Shown here one piece after another: positions 38,281-52,165 of a stretch of 64,000 nucleotides of DNA; position 1 is the stretch's first letter; the number at the start of each line of letters is the position of its first letter. The position numbers were made by a program, and so were the translations under genes. The stretch is from contig NC_086109.1 of NCBI RefSeq assembly GCF_963921235.1, forward strand, positions 25,236,001 to 25,300,000, written 5' to 3'. This DNA is from Mobula hypostoma. Lineage: Eukaryota. The notes under the pieces are model-generated. The model saw only the letters and a program-made list of their open reading frames with translations. It was not told where the DNA came from and did not search any database.

Positions 38281-40304
38281 ATATCTGAAACAGGGTATAA
38301 GTGGGCTGGTCAAATAGGCAGACTCAACCTAGCCAAGCCTAAGTATGTGGAGCAGTTGGAGCGGGTGGGCACAGTAAAATTCCACAGAAGTTCCTATAAG
38401 ACAGTAACACAATCTATGCAGCAGTCACTCCTCTTCCTCTCCTACTGCTATCAAAGTACTTCACTTACCTTCTCCTTTGACAGAAAGTTACTGTTCCCTC
38501 TCTTTCCTTTTCAGTTCCATCCCCCTGACATAAACCATGGTACTTGGCTTCCTGTTTTATGAGGTATTCATTTGATATGTCACAGTTAGTTATTTGTATA
38601 TTTATCATCTAAGATGACTTTGTTTTTCAAATCTTTTTCCCAAAATAATATACAACTGCCTTATTTTTCATGCTAAAAATGCATACCCATAGAACTGTGC
38701 AGCAAAAACAGGTCCTTTGGCCCAACTCATCCATGTTGGCTGAGATGCCTATCTATGCTGATCCCATTTTCCTGCATCTGGCTCATATTCATGCAGTGGC
38801 TTATAACCATGAATACTACCTCACTAATGTTTTATTTCTATTTTTGCAATACTTATTTAATTTAACGAATAATATATATACTTGCTGTATTTCGTGGTTT
38901 TCCTCTATTATTATGTATTGCATTGTACTGCTGCCACAAAGGCAACAAATTACACGACATGCGCCGGTGATATCAAACTTGATTCTAATTCTGATTCCTC
39001 TGTTCTGTTCCTTTCCACGTACCTGTCAAAACGCTTCTAAACCCTCTGATTGTACCTTCCTCCTCTGGTAGCTTATGGCATTTACCTGCAAGTCCCTCTG
39101 TGTTAAAAAGAAACTTGCTCCTTCGATATCTTTTAAGAATTTCCCCTCTCACAGTAAATATATGTCCTCTGGTTTTAGATTCACTCTTTGGTGGTGGGAA
39201 GCTATTTACCTTATATATGCCCCTCTGCATTTTATAAACCATAAGGTCTCCTGTGACTGAGTGAAAATAATATCAACCTATCCAATTTCTCTTAATAATT
39301 AAAACCCTACTTTGTGTACAACATGCTGGTGTATTTCTTTTGCACTTTTTCTTGTGTTATTCCACACTCTGCTTACCAGAAGTCTTCGCATCTGAACTTT
39401 TTCAAGTGAATTAAGATGCACCATTTCTGTGTCATACTGCATGTAAATATGTAGCATTGTCTGGAGATCTTCAATTAAATCTCTGGAGTTGAGTGCAGAT
39501 GTAGCAAATATGAATTTAAAAGAGAATTAACCAGCAGTAATAAATCTGTTGCTGAATCCACAATCATATTCTTATAATTCTTTACAACGTTAAAGGCCTT
39601 TGGCTCATTGAACCTACACTGGCTTTCTGATTGGTCCTATAAATCCTATTCCTTCCAACTTACACTTTCATGCAGGCCCAGTTCATTTCCCCTCTCCAGT
39701 TTTCCAATCACTTACCCAAACATCTACTAACTTACAGAGGCTGATTCAATTACCGACAAACATATCATAAGCAGCTGCTTTCTACACAGATTAGAAATGG
39801 GGCCTCAATTTTCTGTATTTGTTTTCAACATGGCCAATAAAATGGAAAATACCCTAGTTTACAGACCCATGTAAAAATAGCCAGTGTTTTAAATGTAGTA
39901 GATGATAGTAAGATTAGACGTACCTATTAATAGATGATTTTAATGTAGCTTAATCTAAGGTCATCTACTTTAGATTAAAGTGGAACATAACTGAATGTAG
40001 TCTAAATGGTGAAATAATAGACCCATGGAAAAATTAATGAAGTGCTTACCAATGTTATTAAGAGAACCAGGAAACATACCAAAGCTATACAAAGCCTGGT
40101 TAAATCTCAACTATGATGGGCAGTTTTGTGCACCACACTTGGTGAGCTGTAATGCTCTTAAAAGAGACTGCTTAACAAGAGATTTATGTAAGTTATGAGT
40201 GGAGATTACAGAAACTATGGTTGCATTTCCTGAATTTAGCACACAAAGATATTGAAACGTCAAGACGTTAAGGAAATCCTCAAGAGCAGTTAGAGAAAAG
40301 ACAT

Positions 40305-40633
40305 ACACAATATACAGGAGGAACTCAGCAGGTCAAGCAGCATCTATGGAAACAAACAGTCGATATTTCTGGCCATAGCCCATCTTCAGGACTGGGAAAG
40401 AAGGGGGGAGATTCCAGAAGAAAAAGGTGGGAGGAGGGGAAGATGGGTAGCCCGAAAGTGATAGGTGAAACTCGGTGCATGGGAAAGGTAAAGGGCTCGA
40501 GAGGAAAATGGACCATAGGAGAAAGTGATAAGCAGGTATGAACAGGCAAGAGACCAGTGATGAGAAAAGAAGAGGGAAGGGGAGGGAATTTTTTTTTACG
40601 AGAATGAGAAATTGATATTCATGCCATTAGGTT
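40305..40633 (-). mobile_element. PLE 3' fragment: ORF end, pLTR and variant hammerhead
   Basis: Minus strand PNGMNINFS; hammerhead CAGTC CTGAAGA TGG-GCTATGG-CCA GAAA TATC GACTG at 40357-40394. Confidence 0.75.
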
Positions 40634-40739
40634 CTACTGGTAAGGACATTTTCTAACAAACTCTACAAATTGGAGCTTTGACTTTGTGAAGTGAAGCTAT
40701 GGTAGAAGTACTATCTCATCATATACTAATGGTATTTAA

Positions 40740-41300
40740 AATAATAAGTAAACAAATAATTAAATAATACTGAGAACATGAGTTGTAGACTCCTTGAAAC
40801 TGAATCAGTTCATTGCTGAGGTGAGTGAAGTTATCCATGCTGGTTCAGGAGCCTGATGGTTGAAGGGTAATAACTGCTCCTGAACCTGGAGGTGTGGGAC
40901 CCAAGGCTCCTGTACCTCTTTCCTGATTGCAGCAGCGAGAAGAGAGCACGGCCTGGATGGTTGGTGTCCTTAATGACGGATGCTGCTTTCCTGCAAAGGC
41001 ACTCCTTGTAGATGTGATGGACTGGGCTGTATCCACTACATTTTGTGGGCTTTTCTGTTCCTGGGCATTGGTGCTTCCATACCAGTCTGTGATGCAACCA
41101 GTCAGGGTACATTCTGAATCTGCAAAAACTTCTGAGAAAGTAGAGGCGCTGTCGTGCCTTCTTTGTGTTGGCATTAACGTGCGGTTCCAGGACAGGCCCT
41201 CTAAAATGGTAACACCAAGGAATTTAAAGTTGTTGACCCTCTCCACCTCCAATCTCCCAATGAGGACTGGCTCATAGACCTCCGGTTTCTTCCTGCTGTA
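40740..41300 (-). mobile_element. Rex1/Babar LINE 3' fragment
   Basis: EVERVNNFKFLGVTI, LTGCITDWYG, SLLQSGKRYRS. Confidence 0.85.
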
Positions 41301-42079
41301 GTTGGTTCTCTAGCTTAAGTATTAATGGTTAAAGAGAAAAAAATCTTCTGTAGATACACAGTGTAGATTATCCAAACTAGGTGCATCACAGCCTGGTATG
41401 GAAACATCAATGCCCAAGAATGGAAAAGCCTACAAAATATAGTGGGTACAGCCCAGTCCATCACATCTACAAGGTCAGTTATCAACCAAGAATAGTCTCA
41501 AGGGGTGAAATGGCCTGCTCCCCCTATCAGGGTTGTGTATCTTGTTCCAAACCCAGTCTTGGGTCATACTGTTTCCTGGATCTTGCATCTGGGATTAATT
41601 AAATAAAAAATAACTTAATAATCAAGATGTGCCAGTGGTTTTGTGCCATTAGTTTGCTTGTTGCATCCTCATGTTTAATGAGAGTATCACATCTTTCAGT
41701 CCCATAGCAACACTGCTGTAGTGATGATAATCCCATCAATTACCAGCCAGTCCAACTCTACTGAGCTTTGCTGTGAGTTGTCATAGTAAAACATTTTACT
41801 GAGGATTATAAAGGAAGAAGTTGCATTTATATATAAAACATGCTACATCCTCAGCATTTCCCAAAGTGGCCTGTAAAAACTTAATGTTTTTTTTTTGCAT
41901 GTCACTTGTGTTAGGCAGACATGTAATTCCTCCTAAGCAAGATGAAACAAACACCAATTAAAACGAAATATTCCATTTGGTGTGGTTTAGTCTGAGTGGA
42001 TTTGTTGCCTGGACACCATGTGCCTAGAAATTCATCCCCAACCTAATTAAATGGGTTCTCTGTGTTCTACTCCACTTTC

Positions 42080-42730
42080 AAGATCCAAGATTGTTTAATG
42101 TCATTTTCAGCACACAAGTGTAAAGGAGAATGAAATTATTGTTACTCCGGATCTAAAGCAGCACAAAAAAGCAATAAGATAAAGAAAAATACAATAAATA
42201 TAAATACATAAAATAGCTGATATATTGATTGTATGTACATAAAGTCACGCTAGGTACAGGAGTGACTGTACATCAAATGACTCTGACATGAAATGAGAAA
42301 ATAGTGGTGGTGGGCTGGGTTAACGGGTGGAGATGTTGATTAGCCTTACTGCTTGGGGAAAGTAACTTTTTTTTGATTCTGATGGCCCTGGCGTGGATGC
42401 TATATTGCCTGTTCCCTGATGGGAATGGGAGGGATGCTTCATAATATTGCTGGCCTTTTTCCGGCACCTTTCTGTATATATGACCTTGATGGTGAGTAGG
42501 AAGTTGCCAGTTATACACTGAGCAGTTTTGTCTACCCATTGTAGAGCCTTCCTGTCTGCTGCAGTGCAGTTTCCGTACCATTCAATGATGCAGCGTGCTA
42601 GGATGCTCTCCACTGTGCACCTGTAGAATGACATGAGTATAGATGTGCATAATCCAGCTCGCTTCAGCGAGGAATTGGTGAGCTTTCTTGATTTTGTAGA
42701 ATTGTTCTGGGACCATGAGAGGTTGTGCAA
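42080..42730 (-). mobile_element. Rex1/Babar LINE 3' fragment
   Basis: FYRCTVESILARCIIEWYGNC...SYFPQAVRL. Confidence 0.85.
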
Positions 42731-42763
42731 GTAATTAACTATTTGGTTCCATTAACCTTAAAA

Positions 42764-42930
42764 CAGTGGTCCCCAACCTCCGGGCTGCGGACCGATACGT
42801 TGCCGCGAAGAATGCAACGGTGCAGTGGTAGCTGGGACATCTTTAAGAAAAAAGCCAAAATAAAGAAGCTTATTAATTAGGTGCCGCCTGGCACGTAAAT
42901 GTTGGCCCAGATCAGAGTCGACGCAATCAG
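42764..42930. mobile_element. hAT (Charlie-like) terminus
   Basis: CAGTGGTCCCCAACCTCCGGGCTGCGGACCG resembles hAT-Charlie TIRs; partner end not found. Confidence 0.45.
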
Positions 42931-42961
42931 CAGCTGCCTTAAAACGATAATTGAATTTAGT

Positions 42962-43540
42962 TTTGTTCATTATGTGCCTTGTCATATGACGTGGGTAATC
43001 GTAGTCTTTCCATGTTCCTGAATGTTCTTGGCAAATTTTTCTACAGAAGTGGTTTGCAATTGCCTTCTTTTAAGCACTGTCTTTACAAGATGGGTGACCC
43101 CAGCCATTAACAATACTCTTCACAGGTTGTCTACCTGGTGACAATGGTGGCATAACCAGGACCTGTGATATGCAGCAGCTGCTAGTATGACCACAAACAA
43201 GAGAAAATCTGCAGATGCTGGAAACCCTAGCAACACACGCAAAATGCTGGAGGAACTCAGCAGGCCAGGCAGCACCTATGGAAAAAAGTACAGTCGATGT
43301 TTCAGCCTGAAATGTCGACTGTACTTTTTTGCATAGATGCTGCCTGGCCTGCCAAGTTCCTTCAGCATTTTGTGTGTGTTGCTCATTTGACCATTCGCTA
43401 CCTGCTCCTGTGGCTTCACATGACCCTGATCAGGGGGCTAAGAAGATGCTACACCTTTCCCAAGGATGACCTGCAAGCAAGCAGAGGTAAGGGGTGCCTT
43501 ACACCTCCTTTAATAGAGACATATCTTCAGCTCACCACCC
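42962..43540 (-). mobile_element. RTE-related SINE-like repeat hosting a PLE palindrome; second copy at 49595-49942 (+)
   Basis: GAAGGCAATTGCAAACCACTTCTGTAGAAAAATTTGCCAAG on minus strand matches GAAGACAATGGCAAGCCACTTCCGTAGAAAATTTGCCAAG at ~49840. Confidence 0.7.
43196..43383. mobile_element. PLE fold-back: 77-bp arms around a 1-nt centre
   Basis: Arms 43229-43305 and 43307-43383; TSD-like GCTAGTATGACCA (43181-43193) / GCTCATTTGACCA (43381-43393). Confidence 0.85.
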
Positions 43541-44655
43541 AGAATTGTGTTTAACCAGATATAATAACAAAATTGACATTTATCAACTACAATCTCATGG
43601 AAGAGAGATGCAGTCTCAAGAGACTAAGTATCGCACTTCTGCTGCAATGTTTGTAGTTGGTTCATACTTGTATGTGTTGTCCAGTTACTACCATATACAG
43701 ATATTCCCTGATTTGTAATGGGATTGTACTTCTGGCAAATGTTTTGCTGAAGAAAATTTGTAAATCAAAAAGATGAAATGCATGAGTATTTTGGTGCTGT
43801 GCATTCCAAAGGACAGAAAGTGGTTAGCTATTCATTCTTACAAACAATAGATATGTAAGTTGAGGATCCATATCATGGAGAGCCAATGGTTTAATACCGA
43901 AAAGTCGGATATAAAACATTTGGAAATCATTGAATATTTGCTGAGCTTTACGCGAAGGTCAGCTGTTTTAGTATCCAGAGAGGACAGAGCTCAGTCAGTT
44001 GAATGTGAATAATGTTTCTGGAGCAAAACACTAAAGGCAACATGATATGAACCACTCTGAGCAGGGGAGAAAGTAGTGAAAATAACAGCGTATTCATTTC
44101 TATAGCATCCTTTGCAACCTCAGAATATCCTAAAGTGGTTTGATGCTACTTAAGTACTTGGTGGTAACGTTGGAAATGTGCACTCAAATTGTACACAACA
44201 ATCTTCTCTGGTGCAATTTAATAATGACAGATAATCTGTTTTCACCAATGTTGTTGCAGAAATGGAGGATTTATTGACAACATAACATCAAACAAGGTAA
44301 TGGAGGTTGAGAGTATGACTCATAGTAGTCAATTGCAAGCAAACAATGGCATTTAACTCAGAAAACAATGCCTAATTAAAGTCCAGAGGAGACATAAACT
44401 ACAGCAACTTCTCCTGATAAAAGAATAATTTGTCCAGAAAAATGCAGCAATTTGAATACACATCATCTTTCTAATCTTAACCACGTTCAGCAGGGAGAAC
44501 TGCAAACTTGATATGCAAGGAATTACCCAATCACAATTTGCAAATGCTGGAAATCTAGAGTAAAAAAACAGAAAATGGTGGAAATGCTTCCAGCAATTTG
44601 AGGAGAAAGTGAAGAGAATGAATGTTGAAAGATTTTTTGATGTATTCTTCACAAT

Positions 44656-45484
44656 ACAATGGATTCCATTTAATTGGGCCATCGGTTAATCGGAGCCACC
44701 ACTTATTTCAGACAACTCTTAAAGAACAAAAACTTATTAAGAAAATAGCCAGGATTCTCTTTATTAATTTGGGACACTGTGCCACTTAATTTGGACAGGA
44801 AACTGTTGTCAAACAGTTTCTAATTAGCATCAGTCGCATGCACTTCTCTGGCGGTAAGACACTACACCAGGTTTGGAGCAAACAGTTTTTCAATAGTGCC
44901 AGTTGCACGTGTTTGTGTTCAAAAAGCAGTGTTTTCTGTCACTCATAGTTGGCAAAAAATAAGCAGTAAGACAACCAGAACTGTTTTGATCACTGTGGTT
45001 TCAAGCTTTCAGGCTTGCAGATACCAGAAATGGCTGGGAGTGAAAATGAAATGATTTCACTTCTTCAACAAGTTAGAAACTATGAAGAAGTTGAAAGTAT
45101 TGAGAATCATCTTGAATGTTAGAATGAAAATGAAGATTTGGAGGATGCAATCATCAAAAGCATTGTATGAAGGCAGTCCATTACCTGCACCAAGGTGCCG
45201 GCGCTGATTTTGTCAATCAAAAGAACACAGCAGTGTACACTGGCTAAGTTCCTCCATCAATAACTCTTAGGAAGAATTCACAGTTTTATAGTAGCGTAGA
45301 GGTATTGGTAGTTTTTCAATTTGTTCTGCATTTCATTTAAATCCATAATTTCTTACTCAGTTATATGGTAGTTTGCCTTTTTATACCTTTTAAACTATTT
45401 TCACAAAACTTCAGTTAATTGGGGCAGCCATTTAATTGGACCAAAATGCACTGGTCTCAATGTGTCCCAATTAACAGAATCCAT
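44656..45484 (+). mobile_element. pogo/Tigger-like non-autonomous DNA transposon, copy 2
   Basis: TIRs TGGATTCCATTTAATTGGG / CCCAATTAACAGAATCCA; QNCFDHCGF transposase C-terminal remnant. Confidence 0.75.
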
Positions 45485-46344
45485 GAATTAAAATATATTA
45501 CATTAGCTTAAAAAAGCCAGTTCTGACAAAAGGTCAAAGATCAAAGTACATTTGTTATCAAAGCATGTATACAGCATACAACTCTGAGATTTGTCCTCCC
45601 GCACGCAGCCACAAAACAAACATCATGGAACCCGTTCAAGAAAACATCAAACACCCAGCCTGCAAAAAAAGAACCAACTGCACAAATGGCAAAAAGCAAG
45701 CAAACGAGACCAAGAATATCAAGCATTTAAACCAGGAGTCAGTTTGATGCAGTTTAGCACTGCGCTGCTAGCTCACCGCTGGCCACAGAGCCATTCTTTC
45801 CCAAGGCGTTCCAGTACGCATCAATTAAACTGCTCAGAGAGAGCAAAAAAAAAGAGTAAGCAGAGTCCAGAAGCACATGCACCATGAACTTCAAAGTCCC
45901 TCAAAACGAATCCACAGCCTCAATGATGATTCCTTGGACGTGGATCCCAAGACTCCTGCACTTCCCTCGAGCAGCAGCTAGCGAGAGGGCAAGGAAGGCC
46001 AGACGGTGCCGAACACCCACCGCTCCTCTGTTCTTGTCCTTGTCCACTTGTAATGCTAACTCTACTTCTCTCTCCACAACTTGACCTGCAGTAGTATATT
46101 CACTAAATGGAGCTGTTATATTTAGGGTATTGCAAATAACACAATCGATTTTTTTTTTTTGAAAGGAGTGCCCTGGGACCTATTGCATACACCTGACACA
46201 GGAGACAAAATCTTCTCATTCAAAACACATAGCTGAGGGCACGACCCATGGTTATATTCAAAACGCAAAATTGAAGAGAATTTAGCTTTTATCCACCAGG
46301 TCGATTGCCCATCACGTTTCACCCTTACAGCAGAATATAAAATA

Positions 46345-47212
46345 AACATAGAAAATAGGTGCAGGAGTAGGCCATTCGGCCCTTTGAGCCTGCACCACCA
46401 TTCAGTATGATCATGGCTGATCATCCAACTCAGAACCCTGTACCAGCCTTCCCCCCCCATACCCCCTGATCCCTTTAGCCACAAGGGCCATATCTAACTC
46501 CTTCTTAAATATAGCCAATGAACTGGCCTCAACTGTTTCCTGTGGCAGAGAATTCCACAGATTCACCACGCTCTGTGTGAAGAAGTTTTTCCTAATCTCG
46601 GTCCTAAAAGGCTTCCCCCTTATCCTCAAACTGTGACCCCTCGTTCTGGACTTCCCCAACATCAGGAACAATTTTCCTGCATCTAGCCTGTCCAATCCCT
46701 TTAGGATTTTATATGTTTCAATAAGATCCCCCCTCAATCTTCTAAATTCCAACGAGTATAAGCCTAGTCAATCCAGTCTTTCATCATATGAAAGTCCTGC
46801 CATCCCAGGAATCAATCTGGTGAACCTTCTTTGTACTCCCTCTACGGCAAGGATGTCTTTCCTCAGATTAGGGGACCAAAACTGCGCACAATACTCCAGG
46901 TGTGGTCTCACTAAGGCCTTGTACAACTGCAGTAGTACCTCCCTGCTCCTGTACTCGAATCCTCTTGCTATGAATGCCAGCATACCATTCGCCTTTTTCA
47001 CCGCCTGCTGTACCTGCATGCCCACTTTCAATGACTGGTGTATAATGACACCCAGATCTCATTGCACCTCCCCTTTTCCTAATCAGCCACCATTCAGATA
47101 ATAATCTGTTTTCCTGTTTCTGCCACCAAAGTGGATAACCTCACATTTATCCACATTAAATTGCATCTGCCATGAATTTGCCCACTCACCTAACCTATCC
47201 AAGTCACCTTGC
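46345..47212 (-). mobile_element. CR1 LINE 3' fragment, well preserved
   Basis: LYKALVRPHLEYCAQFWSP, RRLRGDLIETYKIL, NFFTQSVVNLWNSLP. Confidence 0.92.
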
Positions 47213-47961
47213 AATTTTTAGCTTAAAGGGAGTAAAGGAAAGTGAAGGAATATGAAGGTCTTTACACAAGCTAGCAGTTATTTCATGTTATAGTGTATTG
47301 CCGAATCGTAAAAGCAACGAGTCCTTTAACTAACGTAAACAATACTTTTAAACTCCAAGTTATAGATTTTTTCTCCTTTCGACTGTAAATTTGAGAAAGT
47401 GATACTTGAGTCTTTGACCATCTCTTCTGCCATCTGATCGTCCATATTATTTGCTACTTACATAGATACCGATCCTTCTTCAGGACAATATCCTCCATTT
47501 AATTTGGCACTCTTGTTGGTGCATGGATATTCCCCATCCAATACAAACAGGTACCTAAATTAAAGTGAGTTGTACCTGGATGAAGAAGATTTTAAAGAGA
47601 GATTAGGTTTATTTTTTACATGTACTTTGAAACATACAGTGAAATGAGTCATTTGTGTCAACAGCCAACACAGTCTAAGGAAGTATTGCTATGCTTCCAG
47701 TGCCAACATAACATGCCCACAACCTACGAACCATAACCTGTACAGCTACTGGAATATGGGAGGAAACCAGCGCACATGGAGGAAGCCCATATGGTCATGA
47801 GGAGAATGTAGAAACTTCTTGTAGATAGTGGGGGAAATTGAACCCCAATCCACGATTGTTGGTGCTGTAAAGCATTGAGCTAATTACTACATTACCATGT
47901 CATCCTGAGTAATTATTAGCGAGTAATTATTAGCAAATAATACTGAATACTATGTTACACA

Positions 47962-49591
47962 GTGGTGTTGGCCCTGTGATCTCTGTCACAGAGGCGGATG
48001 TTAGACTGTCTTTAAAGACAGTGAACCCTCGCAAGGCAGAAGGTCCCGAAGGAGTACCTGGTAAGGCTCTGAAAACCTGTGCCAACCAACTAGCAGGAGT
48101 ATTCAAGGACATCTTCAACCTCTCACTGTTACGGGCAGAAGTTCCCACTTGCTTCAAAAAGGCAACAATTATATCAGTGCCTAAGAAGAATAATGTGGGC
48201 TGCCTTAATGACTATCACCCGGTAGCACTCACATCGACAGTGATGAAATGCTTTGAGAGGTTGGTTATGACTAGACTGAACTCCTGCCTCAACAAGGACC
48301 TGGACCCATTGCAATTTGCCTATCGTCACAATAGTTCAACGGCAGATGCAATTTCCATGGTTCTACACATGGCTTTAGACCACCCAGACAACACAAACAC
48401 CTACGTCAGGATGTTGTTCATCGACTATAGCTCAGCATTTAATACCATCATTCCCACAACCCTAATTGAGAAGTTGCAGATCCTGGACCTCTGTACCTCC
48501 CTTTATAATTGGATCCTTGACTTCCTAACTGGAAGACCACAATCTATGAGAATTGGTGATAACATATCCTCTTCGCTGACAATCAACACTGGCGCACTTC
48601 GGGTGTGTGCTTAGCCCACTGCTCTACTCTGTATATACACATGACTGTGTGGCTAGGTATAGCTCAAATACCATCTGTAAATTTGCTGACGATACAACCA
48701 TTGTTGGTAGAATCTCAGGTGGTGACGAAAGGGCATACAGGAGTGAGAAATGCCAACTAGTGGAATGGTGCCACAGCAACAACCTGGCACTCAACCCCAG
48801 TAAGACGAAAGAGCTGATTGTGGACTTCAGGAAGGGTAAGACGAAGGAGCACATACTAATCCTCATAGAGGGATCAGAAGTGGAGAGAGTGAGCAGCTTC
48901 AAGTTCCCGGGTGTCAAGATCTCTGAGGATCTAACCTGGTCCCAACATATCAATGTAGTTATAAAGAAGGCAAGACAGTGGCTATACTTTATTAGGAGTT
49001 TGAAGAGATTTGGCATGTCAACAAATACACTCAAAAACTTGAGATGTACTGTGGCGAGCATTCTGACAGGCTGCATCACTGTCTGGTATGGAGGGGCTAC
49101 CGCACAGGACCGAAAGAAGCTGCAGAAGGTTGCAAATCTAGTCAGCTCCATCTTGGGTACTAGCCTACAAAGTACCCAGGACATCTTTAGGGAGCGCTGT
49201 CTCAGAAGACTGCATCCATTATTAAAGACCTCCAGCACCCAGGGCATGCCCTTTTCTCACTATAACCATCAAGCAGGAGATACAGAAGCCTGAAGGCACA
49301 CACTCGGCAATTCAGGAACAGCTTCTTCCCCTCTGCCATCCGATTCCTAAATGTACGTTGAAGCATTGGACACCACCTTACTTTTTTAATATACAGTATT
49401 TCTGTTTTTGCACATTTTTAAATAATCTATTCAATATATGTAATTGATTTACTTGTTCATTAATTATTGTTTTATTTTATTTATTATTTTTTTCTCTCTC
49501 TGCTAGGTTATGTATTGCATTGAACTGCTGCTGCTAAGTTAACAAATTTCACGTCACATGCCAGTGATAATAAACCTGATTCTGATTCTGA
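47962..49591 (+). mobile_element. Rex1/Babar LINE, 5'-truncated, RT with frameshifts
   Basis: NPRKAEGPEGVPG, LNDYHPVALTSTVMKCFER, DPLQFAYR, LFIDYSSAFNTI, KFADDTT; (GATTCT)n tail. Confidence 0.92.
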
Positions 49592-49944
49592 TACATCTCT
49601 ATCAAAGGAGGCTCCTTCCCTCCGCTAGCCTGCAGGTCACCCTTGGGCAAGGTGTAGCGTCTGCTTAGCCCCACAATCAGGGTCATGTGAAGCCATGGGA
49701 GCAGGTGGTGGATGGTCGCATGAGCAGTTGGTGCATATCACAAGCCCAGGTTATGGAACCACTGACGCCAGACAGACCATCTCCAAAGAACTTTGATAAT
49801 GGCTGGGGTCACCCGTTTTACAAAGTCACTGCCCTGAAGAAGACAATGGCAAGCCACTTCCGTAGAAAATTTTGCCAAGGATAATTATGGTCAGGAGACC
49901 ATTATCACCGAAGTCATATGACATGGCCCATAATAATGATGTCA

Positions 49945-50240
49945 CATAGACGGCCGCGTGCACTCATAATTATTATAGTGAATAGAGTCACACAGTCACT
50001 GTAGAGTGTCACATAGAGTCATGCGCAGACTTAATGTTGTGTCACACAAAGTGTAATACGCTCTCAACAGTGTGTTACAGAGAGAGCTCCGTGTGTCCTA
50101 ATCAAGCCACAGAGAATTTGGTGTACTCTACAATGTGTAACCCAGAGAACTGTGTATACCGTAGTTAACATTGTGTGTGATGAATATTATGTTACACAAG
50201 AGAGCTGGGTGTATTTCACAGTATGTTACCAGGTAAACTG
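49945..50240. repeat. Degenerate tandem/low-complexity repeat (GTGTCACACAGAG-like)
   Basis: Recurring GTCACA, GTTACA and CAGAGA units. Confidence 0.45.
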
Positions 50241-50906
50241 CTTGCTTGGTCCATAAATCTCCCCATGTGTCCCCGTGGGATTAGATTTGAATTGGTGTAA
50301 GAAGAGCCAAACACAATTTGGTAAATAGCTTCTTGGTCTGCTGTAATATTGAATGCGCCTTCTTTCAGCCCAGGTTAGCAACTTCGGGGAGAAGAGAGAG
50401 AAAATAGAAAACAGATGTTCCTGACTAATTTAATCAGCTGTAGTGCTGCATGAATCTGTAAACCAATGCTGTATGTAAGTCATTTCATTAACATCCAATA
50501 AGCATTCGCTGTTGGTAGCTGAGCACTTCTGAATGCCTTTGAATTTTAACATGGGCAACTTCAGTTTAATAGCAGGCAGTTTGGCATTTCAGCGCTGTGT
50601 TCTGCACACTTCCACATTGTCCTTTCATCCCAAGAGAGCAGTCAGTGAAGGGTCTTGGTCCAAAATATCAGCGCTTCATTCCTCTCCATAGAGGCTGCCT
50701 GATCTGCTGAGTCCCTCCAGCACTGAGTGTCTATTACTCAGGATTCATCTGCAGAATCTCTTGTGTTTTTGAGTCAATAATAGAACCAGGCTGACAAAAT
50801 GAAATGAAAAGCTCTGTCCCTCACTGCCTTGGGCAAAACAAACAATTTCAATACAATCTCCCAGTTGAGTAAGAGTATAGGACAGTGCACACTTATAATG
50901 TACATG

Positions 50907-51495
50907 TACAAGGGGTGATTGATAAGTTCGTGGCCTAAGGTAGAACGAGTCAATTTTAGAAAACATTTATTTTTCAACATAGTCCCCTGCTACGTTTACA
51001 CATTTAGTCCTGCGGTCGTGGAGCATACGGATCTTGGACCTCCAGAAAGTGTCCATAGCAGGAGTGATTGATAAGTTCGTGCCTAAGGTAGAAGATGAGT
51101 TATACAGCTCTTGTTACATGCACATGCAGTTCAACTCTGAGTGATTATGCAGAGAGTTTGAAGTTAATAACTCTTCAGGGGTGATTGATAAGTTTGTGGC
51201 CTAAGGTAGAAGGAGATGAGTTATTAACCTCAAACTTTCTGCATAATCACTGAGTTGAACTGCATGTGCACATAATGAGAGCTGTATAACTCATCAGCTT
51301 CTATGTTAGGCCACAAACTTATCAATCACCGCTGCTGTGGAGACTTTCTGGAGGTCCAAGATCCGTATGCTCCATGACTGCTGAACTAAGGGTGTAAATG
51401 TAGGAGGAGAGGATGTTGAAAAATAAATGTGCTAGGCTTTCTAAAATTGACTCCTTCTACCTTAGGCCACGAACTTATCAATCACCTCATGTGTA
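50907..51495. mobile_element. Mariner-like palindromic MITE with reiterated TIR motif
   Basis: GGTGATTGATAAGTTCGTGGCCTAAGGTAGAA-like motif at ~50914, ~51063, ~51180 and inverted at ~51300 and ~51455; TA at ends. Confidence 0.8.
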
Positions 51496-51659
51496 ACAAT
51501 CATGATGGCTGTCGGCCCTTGACAAAGTACTCATCACATTTGAATGCACTGTTGTCTATTTAGACATTAAACGCAGTGGTTGTTCTCTTAATTTAGCTGT
51601 GACTGTTTTGATATTGGAAGTAAAAATAGAAGTGTGGGATACAGATTAGTCGGAGCTCT

Positions 51660-52165
51660 ACTGGCACTGGTAGCCCTCCCAACAGTTGAGCACATCTACG
51701 TGAAACACTACTGCAGGAAAGCAGCATCCATCATCTGTGACCCCCACCACCTAGTACATGTTCACTTCTTGCTGCTGCCATCAGGAAGGAAGCACACGTG
51801 TGCCAGACTCACAGAACCAGATTCAGGAACAGTTAATACCCCTCAACCATCAGGCTCCTGAACCAAAGAGGATAACATCACTCACTATCACTTTCCCATC
51901 ATTAAAATGATCCCACAGTCAATTGATTCACTTCTGAGGACACTTCATCTCATGTTCTTGATAGTTATTGCTTATTTATTTCTTCATTTTCTACTTGCAG
52001 TTTGTTGTCTTTTGCACACTGTTGTCTAGTTGGGTGGTCTTCCATTGATTTGGATATGGTTATTATCCTATAGATTTATTGAATATGCCCACAAGGAAAT
52101 GAATCTAAGGGTTGTATATGGTGACATATATATACTTTGATATTAAAATGTACCTTGAACTTTGG
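51660..52165 (+). mobile_element. Rex1/Babar 3' end
   Basis: LPTVEHIYVKHYCRKAASII.DPHH...LLPSGRK. Confidence 0.75.

Noticed and set aside
49690..49865. HDV-like ribozyme in RTE-related SINE
   Set aside because: Could not build P1/P3/P1.1 pairings by eye
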